A stretch of 64,000 nucleotides of DNA from Eledone cirrhosa (GCA_964016885.1 OZ024756.1:30442001-30506000); one strand, 5' to 3'. Counted from the first letter of the stretch, positions 27,113 through 41,201 are shown. The notes: generated by a model from the letters alone, not told the origin. Made by a program: numbers and translations.

Positions 27113-29554
27113 TTAATTAGGTTTATAATATTTAAATGTTTTTTTTAGTTTATGATTACACGATATAATTAATTCCTGTCGTTTATTTAATAAGATATCC
27201 CTAGACTTCATTATTTCAAATAGTTCTTGGGAACATAATCTACATTCCTTTCTATTATTTTGATAAGGGGTGGCTCTTTTGAGCACACTCCAGGTCAAAT
27301 CATATTTTATATTTTTATTTTTATAACTATTGATTTTTTCTGCTAGAGATGTTGTATTAGCCAGTGCGGCATTTTTAAAGCTATGTTTGTGGGTATTATA
27401 CCTTGTCTTAAAATTGTTAGAGGTAGCTCCTATATATGAGCAAATAGAATCTTTAGTTTTAACATTACATTTATAGACTATGTTGTTAACAAGACAATTC
27501 CCTTTTAATGGGCAGTTTGTTTTGTTTCTACAGTTACATCCTTTCGTTAATTCTGTATTTGAGGAGATATTATTGTTAATTTGATGTACTGGTGGTATAC
27601 TTATGGTTTTCTTACATTTATATGCATTATATGCACTTATATTTTGTTTTATGTTATTTGTTGTAGAGTATGAGAATTTAACTGTAGACCTATTTAAGAT
27701 TTGATGGTATTTGTGGTTTGGCGGGAAGTTTTTCTCAAGGATATAAAAAAATTTTTTAGCAATATTATCCTTAACTTGTAAATTAAAAGGAGCATTATAC
27801 CAAGTAACTCGTCTATTACGGTTTCTATGTTGTTTATTATTTTTATTATTTTTATATGTTGTATCATGATTTTTACTAGGAGGATTAATGTTAATGATCT
27901 CACCACAACTATTTTTAGTTATATTTGTAGATTTAGGTGTTTTATCTTTTTTATTAGGAGTTTTATTATTAATATTTATTATAGTTGTATGATGAGTAGT
28001 TTTTTGAGGGTTACTATACTTTATATTAGAAGATTTAGTATTTTGGGGTATATTGTGGGTGGCATTTAGGTGTGTACTTTTCATTTGGTGTTTGTTGGTA
28101 ATATTATGCTGTATGCTTTCAGTATTTTTAGTAGAAGGTATATACTCTAATCTATTTTTGTGGCCACTTCTATCTAGAGCTTCATTATAAAAGGTCGCAT
28201 TTTTATCAAATACATCTTGGTTAGAAGAAAGGTTAGAAATTCTAAGTGATATATTATATGCAAGGTTTTTAAGGATAGATTTAGGGTGATTAGATTGTGA
28301 GTGTATGTAATGTAAGTTTTGGTTAGGTTTATGGTAAGGTTGGTATATACCCGTAGCTAAATCTAAAGTTATATCTAGGAAATTTACTACTTTACTTGTT
28401 TTTTCAAAAGTAATATTAAGATTATAATAGTCTTTAAGGAAAGTTCTAATATGCTTTTTGTTTTTTTCGATTTCTGAAAGGCTAAGGTTGTTAGAAAGAA
28501 GAAGACAGTCATCACGATATAAACCACCTTTGAGGTGGGGAAAAGAGGCATTTATGTTGAAAAGGAGAAAGAGGCCCACAAGATCAGTAATTTGGGCGGA
28601 ATCGCTTGAACCCATAGTAATATCAAAAAGATTACTGTATGTGTTTCTGGTCCAGTATTCATTCTGAAATTCAATAAGTGTTTGTCTAGCATGTGTAATA
28701 ATGTTAATGTCATCCGAAGTTAAATTAGATCTATTTTTAGCAAATATTAATGCTTTGTTCAGGAGTATGGGTGATATAGAAGAATAGTAATTATCTATAT
28801 CAAATTGTAGGAAAGAAGCAGAAGATTTACACCTAATATTTTTAAACCAATTAATTACCTGGGAGGTGTTTTCCCAGAGTGGTAAAATAACGTATTTTCT
28901 TATTTGTGGGATGACTCTATCTAAAATTTTTTTGCTAATTATTCCAATATCTGATTTGGAGGGACATATAAGTCTAATAGAAGGATTAGAGTTAAAGTTA
29001 GATTTGTGATCTTTCAGGTTGAAGTGTGGTCTTTTCAATGCCAAAGGTTCAGTTCTATCTTCAATATTTAGTTTTTTTACTATGTTGTGTGTTTTGTTGT
29101 TGATGTTGGTGAGTGACACATTATTAGATTTTTTATAATTTTTTCTGAGTTCTTTATATATGAACTCATTATAATGTTCAATATCCATATGATACAAGTT
29201 ACCAGTTTTGTCCGAGTGGATATGGATTTTTTTAGACTTTTTTAGGTCCAATAGGGTAGAATCAAGGTCCTTTTGAAAGACGGATTTATACTTTTTAAAT
29301 TTGAGGTGTTTAATTAAATTAAAAAGGTCTTTCTCGAAGTCTTCAAGTAAAAAGTTGTGTGGTGGATTCTTGTAAGTATTGAAATCATACATATATTTCC
29401 GATCTGCTTGTTTAGATTTTCTATCGAAGTGGTAGGCTCTCCATCTAACCCTTCTGATAAAATTATTAGTTTTCTGAATCATAAGGAGTAAGAAGTCGTC
29501 CTTAGAAGGTATTGGTATGTTTTTTAAGGAGGTTCCTAAATATTGTTTTTCCAT
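27113..29554 (-). CDS. Intact Penelope-like element ORF (Naiad-type): reverse transcriptase + GIY-YIG endonuclease, 813 aa from the first ATG
   Basis: N-terminal SLKNIPIPS. RT motifs FDIDNYYSSI, ITMGSSDSAQITDLVG, GGLYRDD, VNFLDITLDL, thumb YIHSQSNHP. C-terminal CNCRNKTNCPLKGNC...IVYKC...SYIGATSNNFKTRYNTH...CRLC...LLNKRQE...CNH. First ATG (MEKQY) at 29554, TAA stop, no in-frame stops. Confidence 0.93.
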   Translation of the reverse strand: MEKQYLGTSLKNIPIPSKDDFLLLMIQKTNNFIRRVRWRAYHFDRKSKQADRKYMYDFNTYKNPPHNFLLEDFEKDLFNLIKHLKFKKYKSVFQKDLDSTLLDLKKSKKIHIHSDKTGNLYHMDIEHYNEFIYKELRKNYKKSNNVSLTNINNKTHNIVKKLNIEDRTEPLALKRPHFNLKDHKSNFNSNPSIRLICPSKSDIGIISKKILDRVIPQIRKYVILPLWENTSQVINWFKNIRCKSSASFLQFDIDNYYSSISPILLNKALIFAKNRSNLTSDDINIITHARQTLIEFQNEYWTRNTYSNLFDITMGSSDSAQITDLVGLFLLFNINASFPHLKGGLYRDDCLLLSNNLSLSEIEKNKKHIRTFLKDYYNLNITFEKTSKVVNFLDITLDLATGIYQPYHKPNQNLHYIHSQSNHPKSILKNLAYNISLRISNLSSNQDVFDKNATFYNEALDRSGHKNRLEYIPSTKNTESIQHNITNKHQMKSTHLNATHNIPQNTKSSNIKYSNPQKTTHHTTIININNKTPNKKDKTPKSTNITKNSCGEIININPPSKNHDTTYKNNKNNKQHRNRNRRVTWYNAPFNLQVKDNIAKKFFYILEKNFPPNHKYHQILNRSTVKFSYSTTNNIKQNISAYNAYKCKKTISIPPVHQINNNISSNTELTKGCNCRNKTNCPLKGNCLVNNIVYKCNVKTKDSICSYIGATSNNFKTRYNTHKHSFKNAALANTTSLAEKINSYKNKNIKYDLTWSVLKRATPYQNNRKECRLCSQELFEIMKSRDILLNKRQELIISCNHKLKKTFKYYKPN

Positions 29555-29899
29555 TGTGATATGGATGATGGACAATTGAAAGAGCTCAACTAAATGTATA
29601 TGGGTTTACAAAATCATACATATATATATGTTTATACATAAATATAAAATTAATACACACATACAGTACAAAAATACGAATATTTCCGTGAAAATAGGAG
29701 CAAAATTATGTAGATAAATCTACCAAGAGTTTACGGTAGTGTCCAATCCGTATGAAGAACTCAATGTATTCCGGATATCATGGAAAGAAGAGATGTAATG
29801 AAAATCCACTTTCGGTGAAAGATAAACGGTATACAGAGTCAAGATAAAATATTAAACAAATAATGAACAAACAATTCCTTATATTAAACAAAAAAAGTT

Positions 29900-30050
29900 C
29901 ACTATTTAACGATCGTTTCTAGGGTATATATGTGTTATAATTGGTATGCATATTCAACAGATCTATGTACAAAATTATACAAAATTATACAAATTATCAA
30001 GATTAAATATACATACCTAACCCATATATACGCCGTCTTCAGAAATAATG
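29900..30050 (-). ncRNA. Type I hammerhead ribozyme in PLE pLTR (unit 2)
   Basis: Identical to 23256-23406, offset by 6644 bp. Confidence 0.8.
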
Positions 30051-30872
30051 AAGTATATTTATTGATAATAACAACAATTCAAAATATCAGTTCAAAATTG
30101 ACCAATGAAAACACAAAGGGTTAAAAGCAGTTTGGTGTGTGTATATACATGTAAAAACCTTACACATATTTTACAATAATGTGTGTATAATTTGTATGTG
30201 CATACTAAAAAGATGGATGCAAACACAAAATTTCAAGGTTAATATCTCTGTAAGCTTAATGCGCTGATAAGATGCGCAATGATACTTATGGAGTCAAGCA
30301 TATAAATATATTTTTTTCATACTCACACATATCAGTATAATCACACATACATGCGCGTATATGCATAAATATACACATAACCACGAACATACAAACACAC
30401 ACACTCCCCCACTCACATTTATATATGTGGATATAAAATCATAAGCAAATAGAAATTAAGTCACTCACATAAAACACTGGCACACACATTTCAAGATCAA
30501 GATACAGAAATTAGGTGGGAGGGGGGGGAGGGGTCAGTATTAGATTGTCAGACCAGACTGCCTAATATAAATGTATCTATAAATTAAGAAAAATAAAAAA
30601 ATAAAAACAATAAAATATAATAAATATAATATAATGTACATACACATACAGATATACATACACATACATACATGTACGCGCACATAGAGATATTTACGCA
30701 TACACACATACACACATACCTATACAGTCATACACACACATACATTTACACGAACATACACATACACATATAAAAAGATATATATACACACACACACACG
30801 CGCAACACATACACACATACACATATATATAAAAAATAGATAATAAAGATATATATCCATATATATATATAT

Positions 30873-30929
<57 letters not shown>

Positions 30930-31018
30930 TATACACATACATACCCATACATCTAAATATACATACACATACATACACACATACATGTATATACATGTAC
31001 ATACATATACGCACATCG

Positions 31019-31076
<58 letters not shown>

Positions 31077-31415
31077 TCACATAGACATAAAGATACATAC
31101 ACACACAACTTACATACACACGCATATACATATATATATATATATATAGAGATGTACCTTCATACATAGAATTAGATATATAATCATACATACATATGCA
31201 CCTACTTATACTCATATAAATAAATACATACGCTTCCATATATGTGTATACACATAAAAAATACCACCTCACCAAACCCAGACATACAAATGAAAATAAT
31301 AATAAAAAAACGCATATGTATATACATACACACACGCATTAATAGAGATATATATATATACACACATACATACACACACATATATATACATACACATACA
31401 CATACATACACATAC

Positions 31416-31464
<49 letters not shown>

Positions 31465-31947
31465 CACACACACATAGACTCATATATATATATACATATA
31501 CATATATATATATAAACATATATATCCACACGCTCATACCACCATAAATACACATACAAACACCCACATGTATATATATATATATATACATCCACATACA
31601 CACACGTACACATATATATATATACATATATACACATACATATATATATATACACACACATAAAAAACAGACATGCACATATATATATATATATATATAT
31701 TTCATTACTCTTATATATACACACAGTATATATACATACACAACCTCACTTATACACATATACACATAAGTTATATTACAATAATAATAAAGAATAATAT
31801 ATATATATATATACATATATATACATATACATATATACACATATATACATATATACATACATACATACACATACATACATACACATAAATATATACATAC
31901 ATAAATACACACATACGAATAAAGACATATATTCACACATAGACACC

Positions 31948-31978
<31 letters not shown>

Positions 31979-31979
31979 C

Positions 31980-32031
<52 letters not shown>

Positions 32032-33755
32032 TACACACACACACACACACACAGACACACATACACACTCACATATATATATATATATATATGTGCATGT
32101 GAGTGTGCGCACATATACATACATACACACACACATACAAACACACACAAACACATACATATGCATACGTGCACACACACACACATATATCACATAGATA
32201 CGAAGATAAACATATAAATAGAGAGACATACAAATATATACACAACACATATACACATACATACAAACACGCATATACATATACATACATATATACACAT
32301 ATATATATTCCTATATACAAGCATACACATACATACACATATATACATATACATACACATATACATACCACACATTCACATACACATACATATATAATAC
32401 ATATATATACATATATATACATACATATGTATGTACAATCATATATACACACTCAATCTTACATTCATATTTACATGCTCATATATGTATTTTTATATTT
32501 AGAAATAAATACCAAAACCTATATAGACACCCACCTACATATATATTCATACATATACGCTTACAAATACAGATGATAATAGTATGGGGGAAAGGGGGGG
32601 TTTGGAGAAGGGGATCAAAGTAAATATATGTTTCAAGAAACATATAATATTTTCCGTATCTTAATTCAATGTATGTTCTTACATATTTTCAGTGCTAGGA
32701 AATACGAAATCTATGCATCTCAAAACAAAAAAGCATACCATTAATCATATGTTAACTAAACCAAAGATAGTCAACATATTGATTTCTAAGGTGTAAATTA
32801 GTTAGGTTTATAATATTTGAAGCAGAATTATGAAGTCAAACAGTAGTAGATTATTAATTACATTATAACTAAATTAAAGTTAATAACGTTATGGTATCAA
32901 TATTAGGAGATGAATTTAGTAATAGGGAAAAGAAACCCAAATAAAAATAAAATAAAGTATTACATCGGTAGTAGCATATAAATTATATGTTAACTAAATT
33001 AAAAATTATATATTTATTTCAATAGTATACGTTAATTAGTATATGTTAATTAGGTATACAATACATAAAGCAGATATTGTATTTCATCAATAGCATAATA
33101 TAATTATATGCAAATAAAAATCAAAATTAATACGCATACATATACATATACATACACATACACATATATATACATATACACACATATATATATATATATA
33201 CATATATATACACATACATACATATATACTCACATAAACATACATACAGATACACATACACAACACACACATATACATATACATATACATATACATATCT
33301 TTTTCAAAAAATTGCACAGAATATATTAACTAGGTATATATCCAAAACACATCCCATTCTATGATTACATGACATTCTGCAATTCGTCTGTACAAGGATA
33401 CTAATTTTAAGCAAATTAAAATTAAAATTTTAGGTTGATTAAAACTAAAACCAAATAATAAATATATTTCCAAAATGTATATTAATTAGGTCTATAATAC
33501 TAAAAATTCTTTCTCCGTCATTGGATACATGATATTATTTTGTTATATTTTATCTGTAAAAGAATTATAATAAAAAGGTTTAAATAAATTAAAATTAATC
33601 TATAAATTAAATTACTGAGTATATATTAGTAATATTTAAAGGTTTTTCAAAATTTATGATTACAAAATATTTTCTCATCTGTAATAAAATATTAATTAAA
33701 TTAAATTTATAGGTTAACTAACATTTAAATTAAATTAAATTCTAGAATAATGTTA

Positions 33756-35892
33756 TTAATTAGGTTTATAATATTTAAATGTTTTTTTTAGTTTATGATT
33801 ACACGATATAATTAATTCCTGTCGTTTATTTAATAAGATATCCCTAGACTTCATTATTTCAAATAGTTCTTGGGAACATAATCTACATTCCTTTCTATTA
33901 TTTTGATAAGGGGTGGCTCTTTTGAGCACACTCCAGGTCAAATCATATTTTATATTTTTATTTTTATAACTATTGATTTTTTCTGCTAGAGATGTTGTAT
34001 TAGCCAGTGCGGCATTTTTAAAGCTATGTTTGTGGGTATTATACCTTGTCTTAAAATTGTTAGAGGTAGCTCCTATATATGAGCAAATAGAATCTTTAGT
34101 TTTAACATTACATTTATAGACTATGTTGTTAACAAGACAATTCCCTTTTAATGGGCAGTTTGTTTTGTTTCTACAGTTACATCCTTTCGTTAATTCTGTA
34201 TTTGAGGAGATATTATTGTTAATTTGATGTACTGGTGGTATACTTATGGTTTTCTTACATTTATATGCATTATATGCACTTATATTTTGTTTTATGTTAT
34301 TTGTTGTAGAGTATGAGAATTTAACTGTAGACCTATTTAAGATTTGATGGTATTTGTGGTTTGGCGGGAAGTTTTTCTCAAGGATATAAAAAAATTTTTT
34401 AGCAATATTATCCTTAACTTGTAAATTAAAAGGAGCATTATACCAAGTAACTCGTCTATTACGGTTTCTATGTTGTTTATTATTTTTATTATTTTTATAT
34501 GTTGTATCATGATTTTTACTAGGAGGATTAATGTTAATGATCTCACCACAACTATTTTTAGTTATATTTGTAGATTTAGGTGTTTTATCTTTTTTATTAG
34601 GAGTTTTATTATTAATATTTATTATAGTTGTATGATGAGTAGTTTTTTGAGGGTTACTATACTTTATATTAGAAGATTTAGTATTTTGGGGTATATTGTG
34701 GGTGGCATTTAGGTGTGTACTTTTCATTTGGTGTTTGTTGGTAATATTATGCTGTATGCTTTCAGTATTTTTAGTAGAAGGTATATACTCTAATCTATTT
34801 TTGTGGCCACTTCTATCTAGAGCTTCATTATAAAAGGTCGCATTTTTATCAAATACATCTTGGTTAGAAGAAAGGTTAGAAATTCTAAGTGATATATTAT
34901 ATGCAAGGTTTTTAAGGATAGATTTAGGGTGATTAGATTGTGAGTGTATGTAATGTAAGTTTTGGTTAGGTTTATGGTAAGGTTGGTATATACCCGTAGC
35001 TAAATCTAAAGTTATATCTAGGAAATTTACTACTTTACTTGTTTTTTCAAAAGTAATATTAAGATTATAATAGTCTTTAAGGAAAGTTCTAATATGCTTT
35101 TTGTTTTTTTCGATTTCTGAAAGGCTAAGGTTGTTAGAAAGAAGAAGACAGTCATCACGATATAAACCACCTTTGAGGTGGGGAAAAGAGGCATTTATGT
35201 TGAAAAGGAGAAAGAGGCCCACAAGATCAGTAATTTGGGCGGAATCGCTTGAACCCATAGTAATATCAAAAAGATTACTGTATGTGTTTCTGGTCCAGTA
35301 TTCATTCTGAAATTCAATAAGTGTTTGTCTAGCATGTGTAATAATGTTAATGTCATCCGAAGTTAAATTAGATCTATTTTTAGCAAATATTAATGCTTTG
35401 TTCAGGAGTATGGGTGATATAGAAGAATAGTAATTATCTATATCAAATTGTAGGAAAGAAGCAGAAGATTTACACCTAATATTTTTAAACCAATTAATTA
35501 CCTGGGAGGTGTTTTCCCAGAGTGGTAAAATAACGTATTTTCTTATTTGTGGGATGACTCTATCTAAAATTTTTTTGCTAATTATTCCAATATCTGATTT
35601 GGAGGGACATATAAGTCTAATAGAAGGATTAGAGTTAAAGTTAGATTTGTGATCTTTCAGGTTGAAGTGTGGTCTTTTCAATGCCAAAGGTTCAGTTCTA
35701 TCTTCAATATTTAGTTTTTTTACTATGTTGTGTGTTTTGTTGTTGATGTTGGTGAGTGACACATTATTAGATTTTTTATATTTTTTATAATTTTTTCTGA
35801 GTTCTTTATATATGAACTCATTATAATGTTCAATATCCATATGATACAAGTTACCAGTTTTGTCCGAGTGGATATGGATTTTTTTAGACTTT
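33756..35892 (-). pseudogene. 5'-truncated second copy of the same PLE ORF (RT core and GIY-YIG intact, N-terminus missing)
   Basis: Protein is identical to copy 1 from YHMDIEHY onward except a 9-bp in-frame duplication (RKNYKKYKKSNN). Homology to copy 1 stops at 35892, where an inverted pLTR piece begins. Confidence 0.9.
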
Positions 35893-36336
35893 GTTTAATA
35901 TAAGGAATTGTTTGTTCATTATTTGTTTAATATTTTATCTTGACTCTGTATACCGTTTATCTTTCACCGAAAGTGGATTTTCATTACATCTCTTCTTTCC
36001 ATGATATCCGGAATACATTGAGTTCTTCATACGGATTGGACACTACCGTAAACTCTTGGTAGATTTATCTACATAAATATATATATATAGATAGATAGAT
36101 ATATATAGATATGTATATCGCAATGGCGAAAGAAAAAATAATTAATATATATATAAGTAAAAAGGAGAAGAAAATGGTGACAAACTTTTCCCAGTGAAGA
36201 ATAGTTTAATTAGGAATAAGTATTAATTAGTAATAAGTATTGGTTAGTATTCAGTTTTAGTTTTAAGTTTTTACCGGTTGCGCATTTCTAATGCTTTTCA
36301 AAAATAATTTTGAGATAGGGCACTCGTGATGTTTGC

Positions 36337-36485
<149 letters not shown>

Positions 36486-36725
36486 ATTATATATATATAT
36501 ATCGCAATGGCGAAAGAAAAAATAATTATACATATATATACGTGTGTGCGCGTGTGTATATATATATGTATATATAAAATACGCCCTTCCTGTTTAGAGA
36601 TAGAACTGCTGCTAGAAAAGTAATATGATATTAAGATACATATACCTCAGAATGTTTGTGTGTATATATATATACACAAACATTCATATATATATGCATA
36701 TATATATATGTATATATATTTAATC

Positions 36726-36810
<85 letters not shown>

Positions 36811-36866
36811 GTATATATAGAGAGATTATATATATATACATATATATATATGCATATATGTATTTA

Positions 36867-36907
<41 letters not shown>

Positions 36908-37049
36908 AGGGAGATGGAGAGAAATAGATATATACGCCTATGTATAGAACTATCTATGTATCTCTCTATATATATTTATATATGAATATATATATATCCA
37001 TACACACACATCACATATATATGTATATATATATTTGCATCCATATACA

Positions 37050-37102
<53 letters not shown>

Positions 37103-37108
37103 ATATAC

Positions 37109-37149
<41 letters not shown>

Positions 37150-37692
37150 CATATATATAAATGTATATGTGTATATATACACACGTATGTATGTATTAAT
37201 ATTTGGGTGTGTGTCGTTAATGCGTGTATTTGCATAGGGTTTTCAAAATGGCTGAGGTCGTGGGGGACATGTTGTAAAGAAATATAGACTTCCACTTCAG
37301 ATAGCGCCGATTGCACAGAGTCTGTTTTACTTAAGTATATCGTGGCTAACTGAACTGGCAAAGATATGAATCAGTCAATTCATACGAATGTCGATAGCAG
37401 CGTTCATAATGTGTCTACCATTGCACCGAATGGAATGGGAGCGGAGTACTTTATTTAAACCACTTCCATTTCTTCCTTTATTTTCTTTTACAAGCACACC
37501 ACACTGCCATTTTGTCTTATATAATATGCATGAAATGACAAACTTAAAGCTTACAATATAATTGTTGTTAACGCTTACCACATACTTGCCTGCGTGTATA
37601 TATATACACGTGGGGTGTGTGTGCGGGTATTTGTCAAAGGAAAGCATTCTCTTGCATCGTACATTATCACTTTATTTAGCCATTCATATATT

Positions 37693-37739
<47 letters not shown>

Positions 37740-37740
37740 G

Positions 37741-38119
37741 ATTCTTTTTTTCAAATACCACTTTGGAAGAAGAATCAGGATGGAGAGAGAGGTGCTGTAC
37801 CCCAGCAAGTTTTATGAAAGGTGGGTGAAAGTGGCGAGAATGGCCCGAGTGAATGGGCCTTCTCTCTATATCAGCCTGTAGGTTGAGGAAAAGGAGGAGG
37901 AGAGGAAGGGAGTACAAGCTCTTCGTACTCCTGGAGATGAGGGTTGCACATTCTTTTTCGGGGGTATGTGTTACCCATATAAACTGTCTCCCTCTATTGG
38001 GGAAAATCGACTAACTTTTAAATTCCATCTGTGATAACATTTTACACGTTTTTATTGTATGTAAACTTCCCCCTTTGTATTTCTCCCCTTCTTTTGTGCC
38101 CCTGTGGCTAATAAAGAAA
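37741..38119 (+). mobile_element. Tx1/L1-like LINE 3' fragment inserted in (TATC)n
   Basis: ORF end FFKYHFGRRIRMEREVL..KFYERW..., 3' UTR with AATAAA, (TATC)n on both flanks. Confidence 0.6.
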
Positions 38120-38121
38120 TA

Positions 38122-38170
<49 letters not shown>

Positions 38171-38435
38171 CAGTATCGGTAGAGGGTCGGACGTCATGCT
38201 TTAACGCATATAATTACGGCCCTTTCCATTCTGAGTTCAAATCCCGCCGAGGTCAACTTTGCCTTTTATCCTTACGGGGTCGATAAAATAAAGTACCAGT
38301 AATGTACCGAGTAATTGCTGGCCTTGTGCCCAAAGTAGAAACAATTATATATATATATATATATGTCCGTCTTGCCGTTGGCTTTTTCCATTGTCTTTGT
38401 CCTGCGCGCACCATATTTCGAGTATAGACACACAC

Positions 38436-38481
<46 letters not shown>

Positions 38482-38648
38482 GTGTGTTCATGTATATATG
38501 TACGTGTGCATATATGTATATTCATATATATATATATATGCATTATATATATATATATACACTTAATATGGAAAAAAGCTTCTACAGGACTAGAACTGTC
38601 TCATTCGGGAGAAATCCTATACCTACACCGATAGATATTTACATATAT

Positions 38649-38702
<54 letters not shown>

Positions 38703-38725
38703 TATATATATATACATATATATAT

Positions 38726-38796
<71 letters not shown>

Positions 38797-38824
38797 ATAT
38801 AAAGACACATACATATACATGAAT

Positions 38825-39575
38825 ATATCCTCAATTATCCCTGAATTTGTGTTGCCAACGTCACGGATGTTGCTCTATGAATAACTGGGACAAAATAATC
38901 CGAATGGATTAGATTGATTCAGTATTAGAGCTATATAATACATTATAAAGAAAGAAGAAATATTAGATATAATTAATAAGATATACCATACCCAAATTCC
39001 ATTATTAGTCCTCGACTACGTAGTTTCGTGGCATATTATGCAAAAACACTACATCACAGAGATACAGTATTTCTTTGTGAGGTTTGCCGACTTATCAAGA
39101 GGATACCTCATTAAGAGTTTCAAAACACATCCGTAGGACGCGAGATAGAATCCCGAAAGGCGGAGGGGGAGTCAATCACGTGATATAGCGGTCAAGAAAC
39201 AGAGCTAAGCCTCTTACAACCAAGAAAAAACACCTCAAAAGGCGGTGGGGGTATTTATATCAAAGCCGTAGAAGAGATGGCTAGGATGGCGAGAAGTATA
39301 AGTAATGATAGCTTTCCAGCAGTCACTACACTTCAATGGTTACTCTACCATAGGGATTTTCTATCTCGCGTCCTACGGATGTGTTTTGAAACTCTTAATG
39401 AGGTATCCTCTTGATAAGTCGACAAACCTCACAAAAATACTGTATCTCTGTGGTGTAGTGTTTTTGCATAATATGCAACGAAACTACGTAGTCGAGGACT
39501 AATAAAGGAATTTGGGTATGGTATATCTTATTAATTATATCTAATGTTTCTTCTTTCTTTATAATGTATTATATA
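38825..39575. mobile_element. (TA)n-bounded PLE-derived foldback insert, ~220-bp inverted arms each with a variant HHR
   Basis: Arms 38932-39154 and 39353-39575 with a ~200-bp spacer. The left arm extends ~100 bp further as a tail. Confidence 0.75.
39405..39499 (+). ncRNA. Variant hammerhead ribozyme, core UUGAUAA (U3-A8); mirror copy on minus strand at 39008-39104
   Basis: UCCUC-UUGAUAA-stem II-GAAA-CUACGUAG-UC-GAGGA; palindromic stem III, GUC triplet. Confidence 0.7.
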
Positions 39576-39612
39576 TATATATATAAACGTGTGTGTCTGT
39601 ATATATATAAAC

Positions 39613-39643
<31 letters not shown>

Positions 39644-40524
39644 CCATATATTGGAATATCTATATGTGTGTGTGTATGTCTGGAAATGGTCGCGTTTAAT
39701 TTGAGAGAGATTTAACAACTAGTTGTAGAAGATAGAAAAAGCCCACGCAAAATCTTTTTCCGTTATTGATTCAATATATAACCATGTATAATTGCTTCTA
39801 CTTTTGCCACAAGGCCAGTAATTATCCCAGTACGTTACTGGTACTTTATTTTATCGACCCCGTAAGGATGAAAAGCAAAGTTAACCTTGGCGGGATTTGA
39901 ATTCAGAACCTAAAGCGACGTAACTATGCTGTAAAGTATGGCGTCCGATCCTCTTCCGATACTGCCAATCCACCGTTGTTGTATTTATGACTGGTACTTT
40001 ATTTTATCGACCCCGTAATGATGAAAGGCAAAGTTGAACTTGTCGGGATTTGAACTGAGAACGTATAGGGACGGAACTATGCTGTAAAGCATGCCGTCCG
40101 ATCCTCTACCGATACTGCCAATTCACCTCAATATATAGCCATGTATAATATGTGAACGGTTCACGTGCTCTAGACAATTATTATAGACTGTAATCATCTA
40201 ATTATTTGAGATCTAATTTTAACTTGGGATTCATTTAGAAGAAAAATTTCTTCCTTCTAATTACAAATCTGTAATATCAATTATTTTGTTTTTATTTTAC
40301 AGCAATTACCTCGTTCTAACTTAATAGCTTTTACATTTGCACTTTTTCAATTGATCTTTTCATTCAATTCATATATAAGATGATAGAACGTATGAACACG
40401 TTTACATTTATATTCAAATATATATAATTGCTACTTCGTTAACAGTGACGAAGTAAAATAAAATAGAATCGATTGCAGGATTGTATTTCCAAATTATGAA
40501 TGTATATATATATATATATATATG

Positions 40525-40591
<67 letters not shown>

Positions 40592-40642
40592 CACACACAC
40601 ACACACACGCACACACACACGCACACACACACACACACGCAC

Positions 40643-40720
<78 letters not shown>

Positions 40721-40728
40721 AGATGTAG

Positions 40729-40794
<66 letters not shown>

Positions 40795-40880
40795 AAAAAG
40801 GTAAACAGAAATAACAACACAATCGGTACAGTATATGGAAGGAATATATTAGGTTAACGCTTGAAATAGCAGGAAGAGGG

Positions 40881-40916
40881 TCTTAACGTTTCGGAAGCTA
40901 GTCCTTCATCAGAAGA
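40881..40916 (-). ncRNA. Minimal hammerhead ribozyme in PLE-like 3' fragment (~40795-41012)
   Basis: Minus: UCUU-CUGAUGA-AGGACUAGCUUCC-GAAA-CG-UU-AAGA; stem III reduced to the palindrome AACGUU. Homologous to ~57060-57210. Confidence 0.75.
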
Positions 40917-41009
40917 AAGAATGAGAAATAAGATAGATTGAAGGGACGGGCGGGTTGGAATTGGAAAATATGTCTTTAGATAAAAATAACAGGTCCCTTC
41001 ATGTTGACA

Positions 41010-41046
<37 letters not shown>

Positions 41047-41074
41047 ATCAAAAGATGGTTAAAAGAGTTCCATG

Positions 41075-41145
41075 TATTTTATTATGCGCATTTCAAAAAC
41101 AAATATCATCATGCAATAACATTTGCGTTTTCATCAGATAAAATA
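41075..41145 (-). ncRNA. Hammerhead ribozyme in TA-bounded ~160-bp insert (41045-41203)
   Basis: Minus: UAUUUUAU-CUGAUGA-AAACGCAAAU...AUUUGUUUUU-GAAA-UGCGCA-UA-AUAAAAUA; perfect 8-bp stem I, palindromic stem III, AUA triplet. Confidence 0.82.
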
Positions 41146-41201
41146 GGGAGACATGATATGAAGGTTAAAACACACTTGTGAATAGTGCAGTTTTAAATCA
41201 A

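Larger units (their letters stand above)
23200..36076 (-). mobile_element. Penelope-like (Naiad-type) insertion: full unit 23200-29843 + truncated unit 29844-35892 + inverted pLTR cap 35890-36076, bounded by (TA)n
   Basis: 6644-bp direct-repeat period (taaaatattaaac at 23201 and 29845). 35890-36076 is the reverse complement of 29706-29892, with TTT microhomology at the junction. TA tracts on both sides. This is the canonical partial-tandem plus inverted pLTR layout of PLEs. Confidence 0.92.

Noticed and set aside
27113-29575. Selenocysteine recoding, as known for some Naiad elements
   Set aside because: The ORF has no in-frame TGA and ends in TAA; I could not identify a SECIS by eye.
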